From the NCBI RefSeq assembly GCF_009914755.1, contig NC_060929.1: 64,000 nt of DNA; one strand, written 5' to 3'. Every line of letters begins with the position of its first letter. The first letter of the stretch is position 1. The stretch comes from the human T2T-CHM13v2.0 reference genome, Homo sapiens. This document shows, piece by piece, positions 1 through 13,011 of this stretch. The notes under the pieces are model-generated. The model was not told where the DNA came from, made no database searches, and saw nothing but the letters and a program-made list of their open reading frames with translations. The translations under genes were made by a program, and so were the position numbers.

Positions 1-387
1 GCATTCTCTACAATAACATTGAATAATTACAATGACAGTATTTTTTGGTCTCTTGTGCTCTCTCATATGACAGTGAAGTGGCTAATTGCTCTGCAACATA
101 GCCTATTACAGCCACAGTTAATTAACTGCAATAATTACCTAATGTACTTTTCTGTACAATTAGAAAGTTTCAGATATAACAAATAAAATTTGCTTCCCCT
201 TTTGAGGTGTGCAGCTATATTATATTTAGCAAACATACATTTTTATTTATGGTAAGTACACTCAATTAAGATTATCCTCAAGCACCATGAGAGTGAGATA
301 GGAATCTACTTGCAGACAAGTTACTAAAAGTTTTCTCTGAAACAACAGTCACACTCAACATGTTTTTCTTTTGAAAGTGGTGGATAC

Positions 388-780
<393 letters not shown>

Positions 781-1560
781 TTAAATAAATCCTAGGGAGA
801 ATCAGTGTGGTTGAAGCAATGCCCCACAACTGCCTCCAGCAACTCTGCAACCCCCACTCCTCCCTATCCCCCAACACAAAGCTGAAATCCCCTCACTTCA
901 CCAGGCTCTTGGGCTCTTTCTAATTTGTTAAGTGTTAGATGAAAGAAAAAAAAGAAAAAACTTCAAGAGAGATAATTAAGGTCTTAGAAAAAAGAGTCAT
1001 CACAATGGAAGGAGACAGTTTGTCTCACTTTTTTGGATAGAATAATAAACTCAATGAGTAGGCAAAACTGTTTCTGGCTAAAATGATAGAGATGTGAATG
1101 ACAGCAATAGAACAGGGCAGAACTATTGGGTGGGAGAATCTAATGATACAATTTTTAGAGAAGATATTGTCCTCTCAGAACCCCAACACCCAGCTACCCA
1201 CTAGTTTATTGAATTTAGTCAAAAGTTCTTTTAAAATGGGGAGAAAAAGCAAGATACTGGAACCTTACCTTAGTTAATAATTGCTTTTCAGGGAAACATG
1301 TATTATGTACTTTTTAAATCTCATGCTGTTTGAAGAACAAAAATTTACTAATAAATGTTACATTAAAAATTAGCCAAAAATTATAAACTAAGCAGTTTAC
1401 TAAATTACATGGATAGTCTTTTTCCCTGACAACTTAGTAAGAACTTTTTAAAAAGCATCTTTTAGCATTAGCCTATAGATAATCCTTGGGTGAATATAGG
1501 TTGAATTATGCTATAGATTAAAAGTATTAGAATTATAGGATCAATGTAAAGTATTAGGCA

Positions 1561-3022
1561 CAGGAAGAAATACAAATGGCCAATAAAAACATGAAAAAAT
1601 GTTCAGTGTCATTAGACATTAGAGAAATGCATATCAAAACCACAGAACTTCCCACATACTAGGATGGCTATAATAAAAATAAAACATTTTTAATAGAAAA
1701 TAACAAGTGTTAATGATGATGTAGAGAAATTAGAAGTGTAACACATTGCTAATGGGAATGTAAAATGATTTAGCCACTATAGAAAAGAGTTTGATTGCTC
1801 CATAATAAGTTAAATGGAGAATTATCATATGACCCAGGAATTCCATTCCTAGATATACCCAAAAGAATAAAAAACAAATGTCTAAACAAATACTTGTTCA
1901 CAAATGTTCAGAGCAGGACTGTTCACAATAACCAAAAAGAAAGAAAAACTGAAAATGTCATCAACTAATGAAGGAATAATCAAAATGTGGTATTACCAAG
2001 CAATGGAATATGTTCAGTCATAAAAAGAATAAAGTACTAGTATATGCTACTGATACAGGAGGTAGAAAGAAATTATTTAGGCAGACCGTGAGGGCAAAAG
2101 AGTCCTCAGCAAAGCTTCCCTTCTAACAAAAACCAGCCCCCAAAAGCATTTCTTTTCTAACAAAGAGCAGCCTGAAAAATGGAGCTGCAAATATAAATAA
2201 GCAAGCTAGAAGCTTGCATGGGCTAATCCTGGCAGCTGCACCAATAGAAAAGGGCTACCTCGGGGCCAGGCATATCCAACATAGAGGCTACATCTTCCCT
2301 TTGTGTTACCATGTGTACAAGAACAAAGAAATGGACAACACGGCACAGCTCAGGCAGAGAACTTGCCTGCGTAATAAACGATTAGGGTGGAGGCTACCAG
2401 AGATTTGCATCCTAGGCAAATGACACACCTGGTGGTCTAACCAGTTTTTCATGCCCTATGCAAATCAGACACTGCCTCCTCACCAGCTTATCTATAAGAC
2501 CCCCTGCATTTCACCAAGGATTCAGCAACCCATTTTTCTGAGTCCCCTCTCTGCAGCAGAGAGCTATTCTCTTTCTTTCACGTATTAAACTTCCACTCTC
2601 AACCTCACTCTTTATGTGTTCACGTCCTTGTTCTCCGTGGCCGTGAAACAACAAACCTCAGGTGTTACTCCAGACAATGAGGCCATTTCAGTACCCACAT
2701 GAATGAATCTGAAAATATGATACTAGTTAAATAAGTTAGACACAGCCACATATTGCATGATTTTGTCTATATGAAACATCCAAGTAGGTGACTCTATGGA
2801 GATAATCAGCAGATTAGTGGTGGTAGGGGCTGGGTGGAGGAGAAAATAGGGAATAGCTGCTTGGTGGGTCCAGGGTTTCCTTTAGGGTTGATGAAAATAT
2901 TCTGAAACTAGACAGCGGTGATAGCTGCACAACACTGAATTTACTATATGCCACTGAATTGCATACTTTAAAATGGTTAAAAGGAGAAATGTTACATTAT
3001 ATGTATTTTATTACCCACGAAA
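1561..3022 (+). mobile_element. L1MB-type LINE-1 3' end (ORF2 tail and 3'UTR), interrupted by an LTR at 2051-2690
   Basis: L1 motifs CAAATGGCCAATAAAAACATGAAAAAATGTTCA, GAAATGCATATCAAAACCAC and GATGAAAATATTCTGAAACTAGA...GCCACTGAATTGCATACTTTAAAATGGTTAAAA. The sequence is collinear across the LTR. Confidence 0.85.
2051..2690 (+). mobile_element. ERV1 solo LTR, LTR9B-like
   Basis: TG...CA ends, 640 bp. Starts TGATACAGGAGGTAGAAAGAAATTATTTAGGCAG. Contains TATAAG and ATTAAA. 4-bp TSD CTAC/GTAC. Confidence 0.85.
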
Positions 3023-3617
3023 AGTATAGAAAAAGGAATAGAATTGAGGAAAATAGTTGCCTTCAAATGAAAGTTAATGTCTCTACAAAAAAACAAAACA
3101 AAACAAAACAAAAAACCTTGATTTTGATTTTGTAGTCCATAGCACTTGCTAAAAACATGCCACTTAGGAAGCTTACTGATGCTTCTCATAAAGCCCAATG
3201 TCACACTTCTCATTGGTGCCCTTTCAACCTCCAGACCGGGTGCTTGAATCAGTGTCAGTTTTGTGGCACTTGACGCTTTGACATATGTTATAAAAAATGG
3301 ACTTTGTTAAAAACTTATTTTTACTTTAATGTATTCATTTTAAAAAATGGTGCTTTGCGTTATTAAGAAGTATCAACTCCTTCAGCTACTTTAATAGAAG
3401 ATTGAAAATGATGATCTCCACAAGTCTCTGCTCATGACTCCTATTCTCCCTCTTCCAGAGACTAAATGTTATAACTAAGGTTTTTAGTTATGGTTTTCTT
3501 GTTGTTGTTGTTGTTTTGTTTTGTTTTGTCTTAGTCAGTGATCTCATGTATGAGGTTTAATGTCAAACTTAACCCCTTAACATGTTCGGTAATCATCTTA
3601 AAATAACACTCACTGTA

Positions 3618-3734
3618 GGCCAGGTGTGGTGGCTCACACCTGTAATCCTAGCACTTTGGGAGGCTGAGACAGTCAGATCATGAGGTCAGGAGATCGAGAC
3701 CCTTCTGGCTGACACGGTAAAACAGAAACAAAAA
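3618..3734 (+). mobile_element. Internally deleted Alu (left ~105 bp plus tail), AluY/Sc8-like
   Basis: The left arm ends at GACACGGTAAAAC and is followed by an A-rich tail. TSD AACACTCACTGTA (3605-3617) / AATACTCATTGTA (3735-3747). Confidence 0.88.
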
Positions 3735-4239
3735 AATACTCATTGTAAATTTGTTACTCAACTTTAAAAAGGAAAACAAAGCATTTTATTGATATTTGTG
3801 GATATATTGGCCATATGAAATAAATTAATTTGTGTACTCATGGTAGACCACACTACCTTGCAGTCCCAAGCTGCCATGATGCTTGTATTTAGAACTTGAG
3901 ATGAATCGTTAGTTTGAGGAGCAGAGGTTTCTAGTCACCACAAATTCATAGTGAAAGATAAACCAAATGCAGAGCTCTCACCACCTACATGCCAATCTGA
4001 GTGTCTGTACAGCAGGTTAAAGTTTAACCAATCACAGAAGTTTAGGCAAAAGGAAGAAAGTAAAAGGAAAAATAATTTTCCTACTGCTCCACAAAACATA
4101 GAATATATAAAAAACAATACAATTTAGATGGTTCACACTGCACAGAAAAAAAAATGGTATTTACAATATGACCTCTAAGTGAATGTAGTAAGACAGAGTA
4201 AAGAAAAACACAAAGAGCTAACCATTACAAGTATAAAAA

Positions 4240-4900
4240 TTAAGGTTCAGAAGAGGAGTTAAGTTTTGGCTGGAAGGATTTGAGAAAGTGGGATTAGACT
4301 TCGGCTTTATGGTATGGTTAAGAACAGACTTTGTGAAGTGTCAGACATCATATGCCAAAATCCAGGTGTCAGAATGAAAGCAGTGTGTAAGGCCAATACT
4401 AACGAGTCAAATCTGACTGAACTCAGGAGGCCATGTTGGGATGTACTAAAAGATAATAAAGTGAGAAATGCAAGATGGGCCAGAGAATAAAGTTCCTTAG
4501 ATGCCTAGGAGGAGTTTGGATTTATACAAAGGAAAATGGAAAAACAGTGATTTTCTTCGAGCTTGCCTTCTGCTGAAATTCTCAGACTAGGAAGATGGCT
4601 TGGTTTCAGTATGCTGTATGAGGAGAAAAAAATCTAGTTAAGGAAACCATCTGGAAGTTGTTAGAGTGAGTTAACTATGCAATGATGAAGAGCAAAAATG
4701 GGGAAGGGATGTGGAAGTAGAGGAGGTACAGAGCCATCTCAAACAAACAATAGGATGTTCTCACAGAACAGGTAGAAGGCAGAGAAGGCAGCGGAGGTGG
4801 CTAGCCTGGATTTCTGAGAGGAAGCAATGGGGAGGGTAGGAAAGTGAGGTTAATTCTGTTGATGTTAGGCTTGAGGGAATATTAGGGCATCTAATTAGAT
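4240..4900 (-). mobile_element. Degraded L2 LINE fragment
   Basis: Purine-rich antisense L2-like motifs (GGGCCAGAG...GGAGTTTGGATTTAT). Boundaries are approximate. Confidence 0.45.
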
Positions 4901-6702
4901 GACACATCAGGAAAAAAATGCTACCTTTACCACTAAACTCAGTGTATTTCAAATGTAAAACAAGATAATATACGTGAGCATATTTTCCAAGTTATATAAA
5001 TGTAGAGTATGTAAAAAAGATGTCTTCATTGTTATTTCCTTTAATAATAATTATAATATGAGAAGGCTGAGATTTGAGGAGGCTCAAGGCTGGATAGAAT
5101 AGTGCATATCTCCTTGATGTAACTAAAACCTCAAGCATGCATGAATTTACTTGGTAATGTGGCTAGATAAAGAGCAATAGGATAATAATGTTCAGACAAA
5201 GTTCAAGAAAAAACTAATGCTGGAATTTCAACAGGAGATTTAGATTTACATACCTGAGTAAAGGTTGTGTTTTCTTTGTCATAGAAGTTGAATTTGGCAT
5301 CAAATTCAATATTTAGACATAATGGGCAATTCAACACACTGCAACTTTTTAACTGTTACTGCTGCAACACACAGTAACACGAATACATATACACAGAAGC
5401 AAAATAAAAAAAGAATTAGATGGCCAGTGGTGTTATAGTGTGCAAAGCAATGGTTTTACCATATTTTCAGTCACCCTTATGAAACTAAAATAATGGTTTT
5501 ATTAAGAGATTTGTCTGTTTGTTGTTTGTTTATTTGAAGTGACCAGCCAGGGTGCTATGAGATTTGTTTCTTTGCAATTCAATAGTATCTGATTAGAGAA
5601 AATTACTCTGTTGATTTGCCTAGTGAAAGGAAGCTGATTATCCTTAGCTTTGATAAGTAAATTAAAACAGCTAAATTCTATAGAGACTGAAATGATGCCT
5701 TGAGTGAATTAATAGCTAAGAAAATCAATAGGCTATAACTTTCTTGTCGGTAACAAGATGTAATTTAAAGCTTATGGCAGAACAGTTGTTTTGTACAGAA
5801 TTCCTCTAACAGATTTTTTTCCTGAAAAACAGTTCGTTTCAGACTTGTCTTTTCTCATTACTTAACACTCATAAACCAAAATAGTTGTGCTTATTCTAAT
5901 TATTACAGTTTTTAAAGTACCTGATCAAGTCACAGAAATGAGATCTCTGGAATGTTACCCAGAAATTGCACCCACATTCCGCTTGTAATACATTCAGTAA
6001 TGAGCATGTTATTACCTTTAGGACAGCAATAAAAATAAGTATGATTATTGACATGGCAATATAATTGTATCACAATTCAAAAATACAATAACATTTAAAT
6101 AAATTAGGTATTCTATAGCAAGATAAAGAAATAAAATGCTGATGTAAATACATAAGAGAGAAAACTCTAGGGCCATTTTATATTCTAAGTAAAATACTAT
6201 CAGGAAAATATCATAGATTATAAAACATTTGACTTTTGCATAAACTCTTAACAAATTTCTCATTTTTTCTTGCCCCATACAGAATTTTTCTTTTTTCTCA
6301 CCCAATATTATGTATGTGTGTGTGTCTCCTCAAAAACCTTATTGAAATGTAAGATTTCCGTTCCTCAATCAGCTCAGCATTCTGCTCCATTTAGCAGCTC
6401 TAAGGATTTGCAGAGGGCAAGTCATGCCAAGCCAGAGCTAAATATCATAATTGACAAAGTGTGTATCAGCAGTTAATGACCTTCTCTAGAAAATAGGAGC
6501 ACAACATAAAGAAAACATACAGAAAGAATACAAAACTGCAGTACTTTTTTGAAACGGTAAACCCTATCCTGATTGTATATATTTACTAAACATCTTAAAT
6601 GCTCATAGATCCAATGCTTATCCTTTTCAGCTTAGGATTTTTCCTCATCCTTAAATAATACGAAGTAGAGGTCTTTTTGTTTTTGTTACTCATAATAACG
6701 AA

Positions 6703-6848
6703 ATAGAATGCCAGCCCCTTGAGGTCAGGGAATTTGTCTCACTTGTTCCATTATAAACCCAGCACTTTAAAAGTGCCTAGTGTGTTAGCAATTATTAATA
6801 GTTAAATGGAGATGCTTATGTAACGATACAAATATTTGTTGAATATGA
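6703..6848 (+). mobile_element. L2 3' end
   Basis: TAGAATG...CTTGAGGTCAGGGAATTTGTCT...CCCAGCAC...GTGCCTAG...AAATATTTGTTGAAT. Confidence 0.6.
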
Positions 6849-7102
6849 CAAAGCTAAAGGCTGTCTTTCATCTGGGAACATATCCTAATTTACTGTGTTT
6901 GACTAATGGGTTGGATTTTATATCTGAGTCTACATAGGCTGGATCACATCAAAAAATTATCAGAATGTACTAAGATAATAACTAAAAATGAAAAAAGAAA
7001 GCAATATAAAGCAGTCAACAACATACATAAATATTTATTTGAAAACAGTCCACCTCTGGATCTTGATCTCATCTCCAGAGATATGGAGGGATATCTTGAC
7101 CT

Positions 7103-7611
7103 TGTACGAGAAAAGTTGTACTGAACACTTGTTAAACATGACAAGAAAGATTTTATTCAAGACAAGTGCAATAGGAGTCAAGGCTATGGCAGTAGGGTAG
7201 AGGGCCTGGCTGAAACAAAAGGCAGGAGGACTTTTAAATGCTGGGGTGAGGTAGTGGAAAAGTACTAGAGGACTTTGGTGTAAGGGAGTGGGGAGTTGGT
7301 TAATGTGATTAAGTCATCTGTATTTGCTAACTGGCTCCTACCCTTCCACAGAGATTAGAAGACAGTGGCCTTATCTTTCTTGATTATATTTCTAAGGGTT
7401 GGCCTCAAGGTCCTTGAGAAATGCACTCCAGTGTTGTAACCCTGGCAAGAGGCCAGGGGAAGACTTACATCTCAAAGAGTCAGAGAAAGAATTTACAAAG
7501 GAAAATTTTCTTAGGTAAATGCTCTAAGAAAAGGAAGGTCGGGGACCTAAAGTCAAAATGCCTGTCTAAAATTTAATAGAGCTGAGGGGAATATTAAAGC
7601 TCTCTTGGTAA
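7103..7611 (-). mobile_element. ERV1 solo LTR, MER67 family
   Basis: The reverse complement starts TTACCAAGAGAGCTTTAATATTCCCCTCAGCTC...TTTAGACAGG and contains TTTTCTTAGAGCATTTAC and CTTTGAGATGTAAGTCTTC. There is an AATAAA on the minus strand near 7152-7157. Confidence 0.75.
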
Positions 7612-7921
7612 TGCACTTAGAACTAATTCAGAATTGTAAAGCTAGAGAATAGCTGCAAAATTAAGGGATGACACTTATTGGTCAGAGCATGCTCCCTGGG
7701 TGTCCCCATATACAAAAATGGGTTCCTTTCAGCTGCCTTGATTTTTTTCATTTTGCCTTATTATATTCACTGAAATTAGATGAATAAAACATTATTTAAG
7801 CCATCAAGCAGTATTTTAAAATTCAAATATTTTTAAGACCAATCACTCAAAAATCAGGAGAGTGATGAGGACTTCATCAACAGTACTGGGAATGAAAAAT
7901 TAGTTCCCTAACAACTGACTT

Positions 7922-8136
7922 GGAGGCAATATAGAAAGGAGGTAACAGACTCCAAAGCCATGTTCAAATGTGGACTTCACTCCCTATTATCTAAATTTCC
8001 TTGTACTCGTTATTTACACAATTTTCTGTGTTTTCTCGTCTGTAGTAAACAGACACACAAGTTTATTGGGCTGTTTAAGTAAATTAACATTATTCAGCAC
8101 TTAGAAGTATAGTTATAGTGTTAGCTATTTCTATTA
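7922..8136 (+). mobile_element. Degraded MIR SINE
   Basis: Collinear weak match to MIR: ACAGACTCCAAAGCCA...GTTCAAAT...TTTTCTCGTCTGTA...AGCACTTAGAA...GTTAGCTATT. Confidence 0.5.
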
Positions 8137-9203
8137 GTGTTTTGTGAATTGAAGAATTTTTTTTTAAACTTTCAAAAAATAGATAAATAGAAACTTCAAA
8201 AAAGTATTTCAAGTTGAATTCTGATTTGCTGTTTTGCATTTGCTCTCTGGAAGCAAGCCTTACTTTCCCTGTCATAAATTTTCTAAATGTGCCCAGTTAA
8301 ATTCTTACTGAACTAAGAAGGATAATATATCTTCTGGCATTGATATTCAATGCTTTGATTCTTCACCAAAAATTAGCCAAAAAATAAACATGTATTACAA
8401 TAGTATTTCCCACAGAAGCCCCAAATGTAACCATGTGATCCTGAAACAAAGCATATGTGTAACTAGATGAACTTTCAACAATGTATAGTTGAGAAAAAAG
8501 TCTGTCTTCCTGTACTGCCCTTGCTAGAAGGTAAAATAGTAAATTCTTTTTCAGGCAAATAAATAATATAGCACAGAAACATAATACATCACTATAAGTT
8601 GTATGAATAATTATGATTAAAACTTCCATGCAAATCTATTGCAGGAAATAAGGAAAAGATAGATTCTGTAATCAAAAGTTGTAGTAACAGTCTTTTAAAT
8701 TGTATAGATGGCATATTTACCACAATACGCAGATAATTGAATATTTTGTTCCTGAAACTATTTGTGAGAGTTTAATTCTACCTTGCTTGTGAACAGCATT
8801 TTATATTGAAAAAGTGAATATTCATATTTGACTTTGGCTTAGGAATGAGAGATATTTTGTTTCTTCCCTGGAATATTAGCAAAGTTAACAAGAGTATTAT
8901 CAGAGAACTGTGTTTTATTTTTACTTGTTTTATTTAACCTTATTTTCCTAAGTGACACATACATATAAATAAATTTTCATTTTAATTGTAGATGTGATTT
9001 TTGTTTTATTTTCCAAAAAACAGTATTCATTTTCATAAGGTCCATGGAGAAACACTTCTTTTTCTGTATCAGAAACATTTGAAATTTATCATTATATATC
9101 AGCAATAGTTCTAACTTTTGGCTAAAGAACCTGATTGAGGCATGTGAATAATGATAATAATAATAATAATAATAATATTGAATGTTTGTATAGCACATTA
9201 TGG

Positions 9204-9967
9204 TGTTGAAAAAATTTCACTCAAATTAAAGTTTAATTGAGCAATGAACAATTCCTGAGTTAGGCAGCCCCCAGTTTCACAGCAGATTCAAGGAGACTCC
9301 AGGGATGCCTCATGGTGAGAATAAATTTATAGACCGAAAAAAAAAAGGGGGGGGAGAAGTGATATTGTAGAACTTTCTCCTTATTTCAGCTGAAAATAGG
9401 GTCCTTGTCACACGCCCATGAAATATGAGGCTTACAGACACTTTGAAGGGTGAGGAAAATGAAATTTATTGAGAAAAAAAGCGGGGGAAAAAGGGAAACA
9501 GGGACCCTCAGCAAAGTGACAGTCCTGCTAGTATAGGCTTCCTGCCTTGCAGATTGAATTCCAGGTTCCATTCTGGGACAGGAGAAGCCAGGCTCCTCCT
9601 TCCTGCAAATGATGGGAACATCCCAAAACTCCACCCTGTTCTCCCATTGCACAGGCTGGAGTTCCCCTAGGGACCTCTCCACACTTGGCTGTCTCAGTGA
9701 CATATAGAAATCAAAAGTGAGGTATAGAAACAACTGGGTTGGTTACAGCTCATCGTTGGCCTTATTTCAACACAGTCTGAACACTCAGCAGTGTATGAGT
9801 GGTTGAAGTATGGCTTGTGGGATTGGCCAAGACTCAGCTATTGTTACAAGCACATACTCCTAAGTTAGGTTTTCAATCTTGTCTACCTATTAAGTTAGGT
9901 TGCAGTTCATCCACAAGGACTCAAATATAGAAGTAGAGTCCTTTTCAGGCCATAGTTTGCTTTAACA
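9204..9967 (-). mobile_element. ERV1 solo LTR, MER57B-like (host of MER61)
   Basis: TG...CA ends. The reverse complement starts TGTTAAAGCAAACTATGGCCTGAAAAGGACTC. Perfect 4-bp TSD ATGG (9200-9203 / 9968-9971). Confidence 0.87.
9363..9696 (-). mobile_element. ERV1 solo LTR, MER61A-like, nested in MER57
   Basis: The reverse complement starts TGAGACAGCCAAGTGTGG and ends CTGAAATAAGGAGAAAGTTCTACAATA. Perfect 4-bp TSD GTGA (9359-9362 / 9697-9700). Confidence 0.88.
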
Positions 9968-10769
9968 ATGGTTGTGAAAAGTATGTTGATACCCATTACC
10001 ATATACACACCAGCCCGCAGTGCTGTGAGATTGGTATTCTTAGAACCCTAATTTCATTGACAAAGAAACTGAGATTCTAAGTGTAAATGACTTCCCTAAG
10101 AGCATGGGAATAGTAACTAACTCCAGTAAAAGATTAGAACCTGTATCTTAAGTATTTTATATTTTCTGAAGGAAAAAAAAATAAAGTTAGATGTCTAACA
10201 CAATATTTTTTAAATCCTGAAAATTCTCATGCTCTCAAACACCTAAATACGACACAGAAACTATTAAAGATGTCCATTTTTAAATATAGGTGGAGAAAAA
10301 AGGAAAAATCTCAAGAGGCTAGAAACAAAGCAGGCATAGAAATCACTGAATACAGCAGCACCTGGAAACATTTGCTGATTCGTGGCAACAAAGAGCTTTT
10401 ATTATAAAAAGCTAATGGAGAGTCTGAACACAGAAAACCCTTAAAGCTTGTGCCTTGGAAAAGATTCACCATTAGTGAAAACATAAGTTAGAAAAATAAC
10501 CAAACACTGCCAAAAGAAATAGCAACAAAATTTGTTGATCTCTGATTCGGTCATGAGTAGAGAGATTTATTGCCCCCTGAGAACTTTACCGTAAAGTAAG
10601 GCCACATGCAGGAATGACATTTAAATGGATTTAAATGGTTACTACTCACTTGGTTTAAAAGTCTTAATTAATTAATTTAATTTAATTAATTTAAACCAAC
10701 TTTCCTGGATTTGATAAGCACCCAGGTACCTGAGGAAAGCCCACCTTCTCATTGTAGGCATCATTGAAT

Positions 10770-11590
10770 TAACACGTGGAATATCCCAATAAAACCATCA
10801 GATACAGTGAGTAAAATAACACAAATAGAACTTCAGACTCTTCAGATGTTCTAATTATCAGACACAAGCTACAAAATCCAGCATGTTTAATGTTTTTAAG
10901 GATGTAAATGAAAAAAACCAACAACATGAGATAATAAGAGATCACCAAAAATGAATTAGAATATGAGGATAAAAACCTACAGAAACAAAAATACATACAA
11001 TAGACGAATTAAAAAACAGAACAGTAATGAATGAGAGCCTGAGTGAACTAGAAAATAGATTACAGAAAATTACTGGGAAGTCATATAGGGAGGAGTGCAG
11101 GGAGAAAGAGAGAGAGAAAGAAATAAAGGGAGAGAATGAAAGAGAAAGTAAAAGACATAAACGACACTGAGAGGTCTCACACATATCTAATTGGAGTTTC
11201 AAAAGAACAGAAAAATAGAATGAGGGATCAATAATTCAAAGAGATAGCTGTTGAGATTTTCCCAGGGTTAATAAAAAATATAATTCTCCAAAATTAGAAA
11301 GTACAGTTAATCCCATTCAGGGTAAATAAAATGAAACCAACAGTACCTTTCAAGTTTTGAGGAAAATAAAATTGAACATATAATTGCATACAAGGTGAAA
11401 TAATCTTTTAAAAAGAATGCAGATTGCAAGAATTTAACCAACAGACTAACAGCTGAGGAATATATTTGAAAGAGAAGGTTATGCCAGAAAGAAGGTCTGA
11501 GACGAAAAACATGGGAAAAATAGAAAATGGCAAATGTGGGCAGTAATCTAAATAAATATTTATAGACTGCATAAAATAAAATAAAACTTC
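10770..11590 (+). mobile_element. Ancient L1 (L1M/L1ME/HAL1-type) ORF1 remnant
   Basis: ORF1 motifs GAGTGAACTAGAAAATAGAT, ACATATCTAATTGGAGTTTCAAAAG and AGATAGCTGTTGAGATTTTCCCAG. Related A-rich decayed L1 sequence probably extends from ~10200 to ~13050. Confidence 0.65.
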
Positions 11591-11744
11591 TATTCTCAGC
11601 AGTACTAGATAGCCTGACACTCCAACTGAAAACTATTGAAAATGCCAGAAAAAAAATATTTTATAGACTTTAAAAAGACATCAGTGAACTGTGAAGGATC
11701 TCTCAGGTCAAAAAATATGTGAAAGGGGAATTTAGACTCTTAGG

Positions 11745-11953
11745 CAGGAGTCGATAAGCAATGGGCCAAATCAAAACCATGGCCTGGTTTTTTATGGCTC
11801 TGGAGCCAAGAATGGTTATTACAGTTTTAAAGAATTATAAGAAAAATTTAAAAAAAAATAGGCAACAGAAATAATGTGGCCTGAAGTACATGACCTGCAA
11901 ACACTAAGATATTTGTTATATGGCCCTTAGCAGAAAAAGATTGCAACTCCCTG
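11745..11953 (+). mobile_element. hAT-Charlie MITE, MER58C-like
   Basis: CAGG...CCTG termini. Internal GGGCCAAATC, AGCCAAGAATGGTTATTACA and TATATGGCCCTTAGCAGAAAAAGATTGC. Confidence 0.78.
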
Positions 11954-12434
11954 GATCTATAGAGTCCAGAACATAAGTGGAGCCCTATATTTGTCATTTC
12001 CCTTAAGGAAAGTTGCCAAGTTTAATACTTGTGAGGGGAAAAGTCCACAGCCTACTCAAATTGTAGAATCTTTTAGGAGAACCCCCCTAAATCCAAAGAT
12101 AATGACCTCAGCGTAAGGGAGTCCTAACAACGCAGATACATATTCAGTGAGCAGCAAGGAAAATGATCTGCCTTGAAAATAGTCACAGACTAAAGGGAGA
12201 AAACATTTCCTCTAAGGATTTGCAACATTAAGTTGGTTCTCAGGTAAGTTTGCATCCTGAATCCTGAGAAATGTGAAAAACCTGAAGGAGAATTAAGCGT
12301 GACGTGGCCCTGGCTGGAAAAGAGTATTTTCAAATGCCTGGGGGAAGCAAATATAAATCTCTTCTCAAGGGAGCCACTTTCAATTCAAACATCAGAGAAT
12401 ACTCACTGATAAATGTCCAAGAAAAATGGTGGCA

Positions 12435-12581
12435 TTTTTTTTATTATACTTTAAGTTCTGGGGTACATGTGCACAACATACAGGTTTGTTACATAGGTAT
12501 ACATGTGCCATGTTGGTCTGCTGCACCCATCAACTCATCATTTACATTAGGTATTTTTCCTAATGCTATCCCTCCCCCAGC
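12435..12581 (-). mobile_element. L1PA (about PA5-7) 3'-terminal fragment, ~147 bp
   Basis: TTTTATTATACTTTAAGTTCTGGGGTACATGTGCACAAC...CCTAATGCTATCCCTCCCCCAG. No TSD seen. Confidence 0.92.
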
Positions 12582-12618
12582 TCAGACTTAATGAAGCGTC
12601 TGACTCATACAGACTTAA

Positions 12619-13011
<393 letters not shown>

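Larger units (their letters stand above)
9160..10150 (-). mobile_element. MIR SINE split by the nested LTRs at 9204-9967
   Basis: (TAA)n tail at 9155-9175. The MIR core resumes at 9972: TTTCATTGACAAAGAAACTGAGATTC...AAATGACTTCCCTAAG...GATTAGAACC. Confidence 0.6.
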
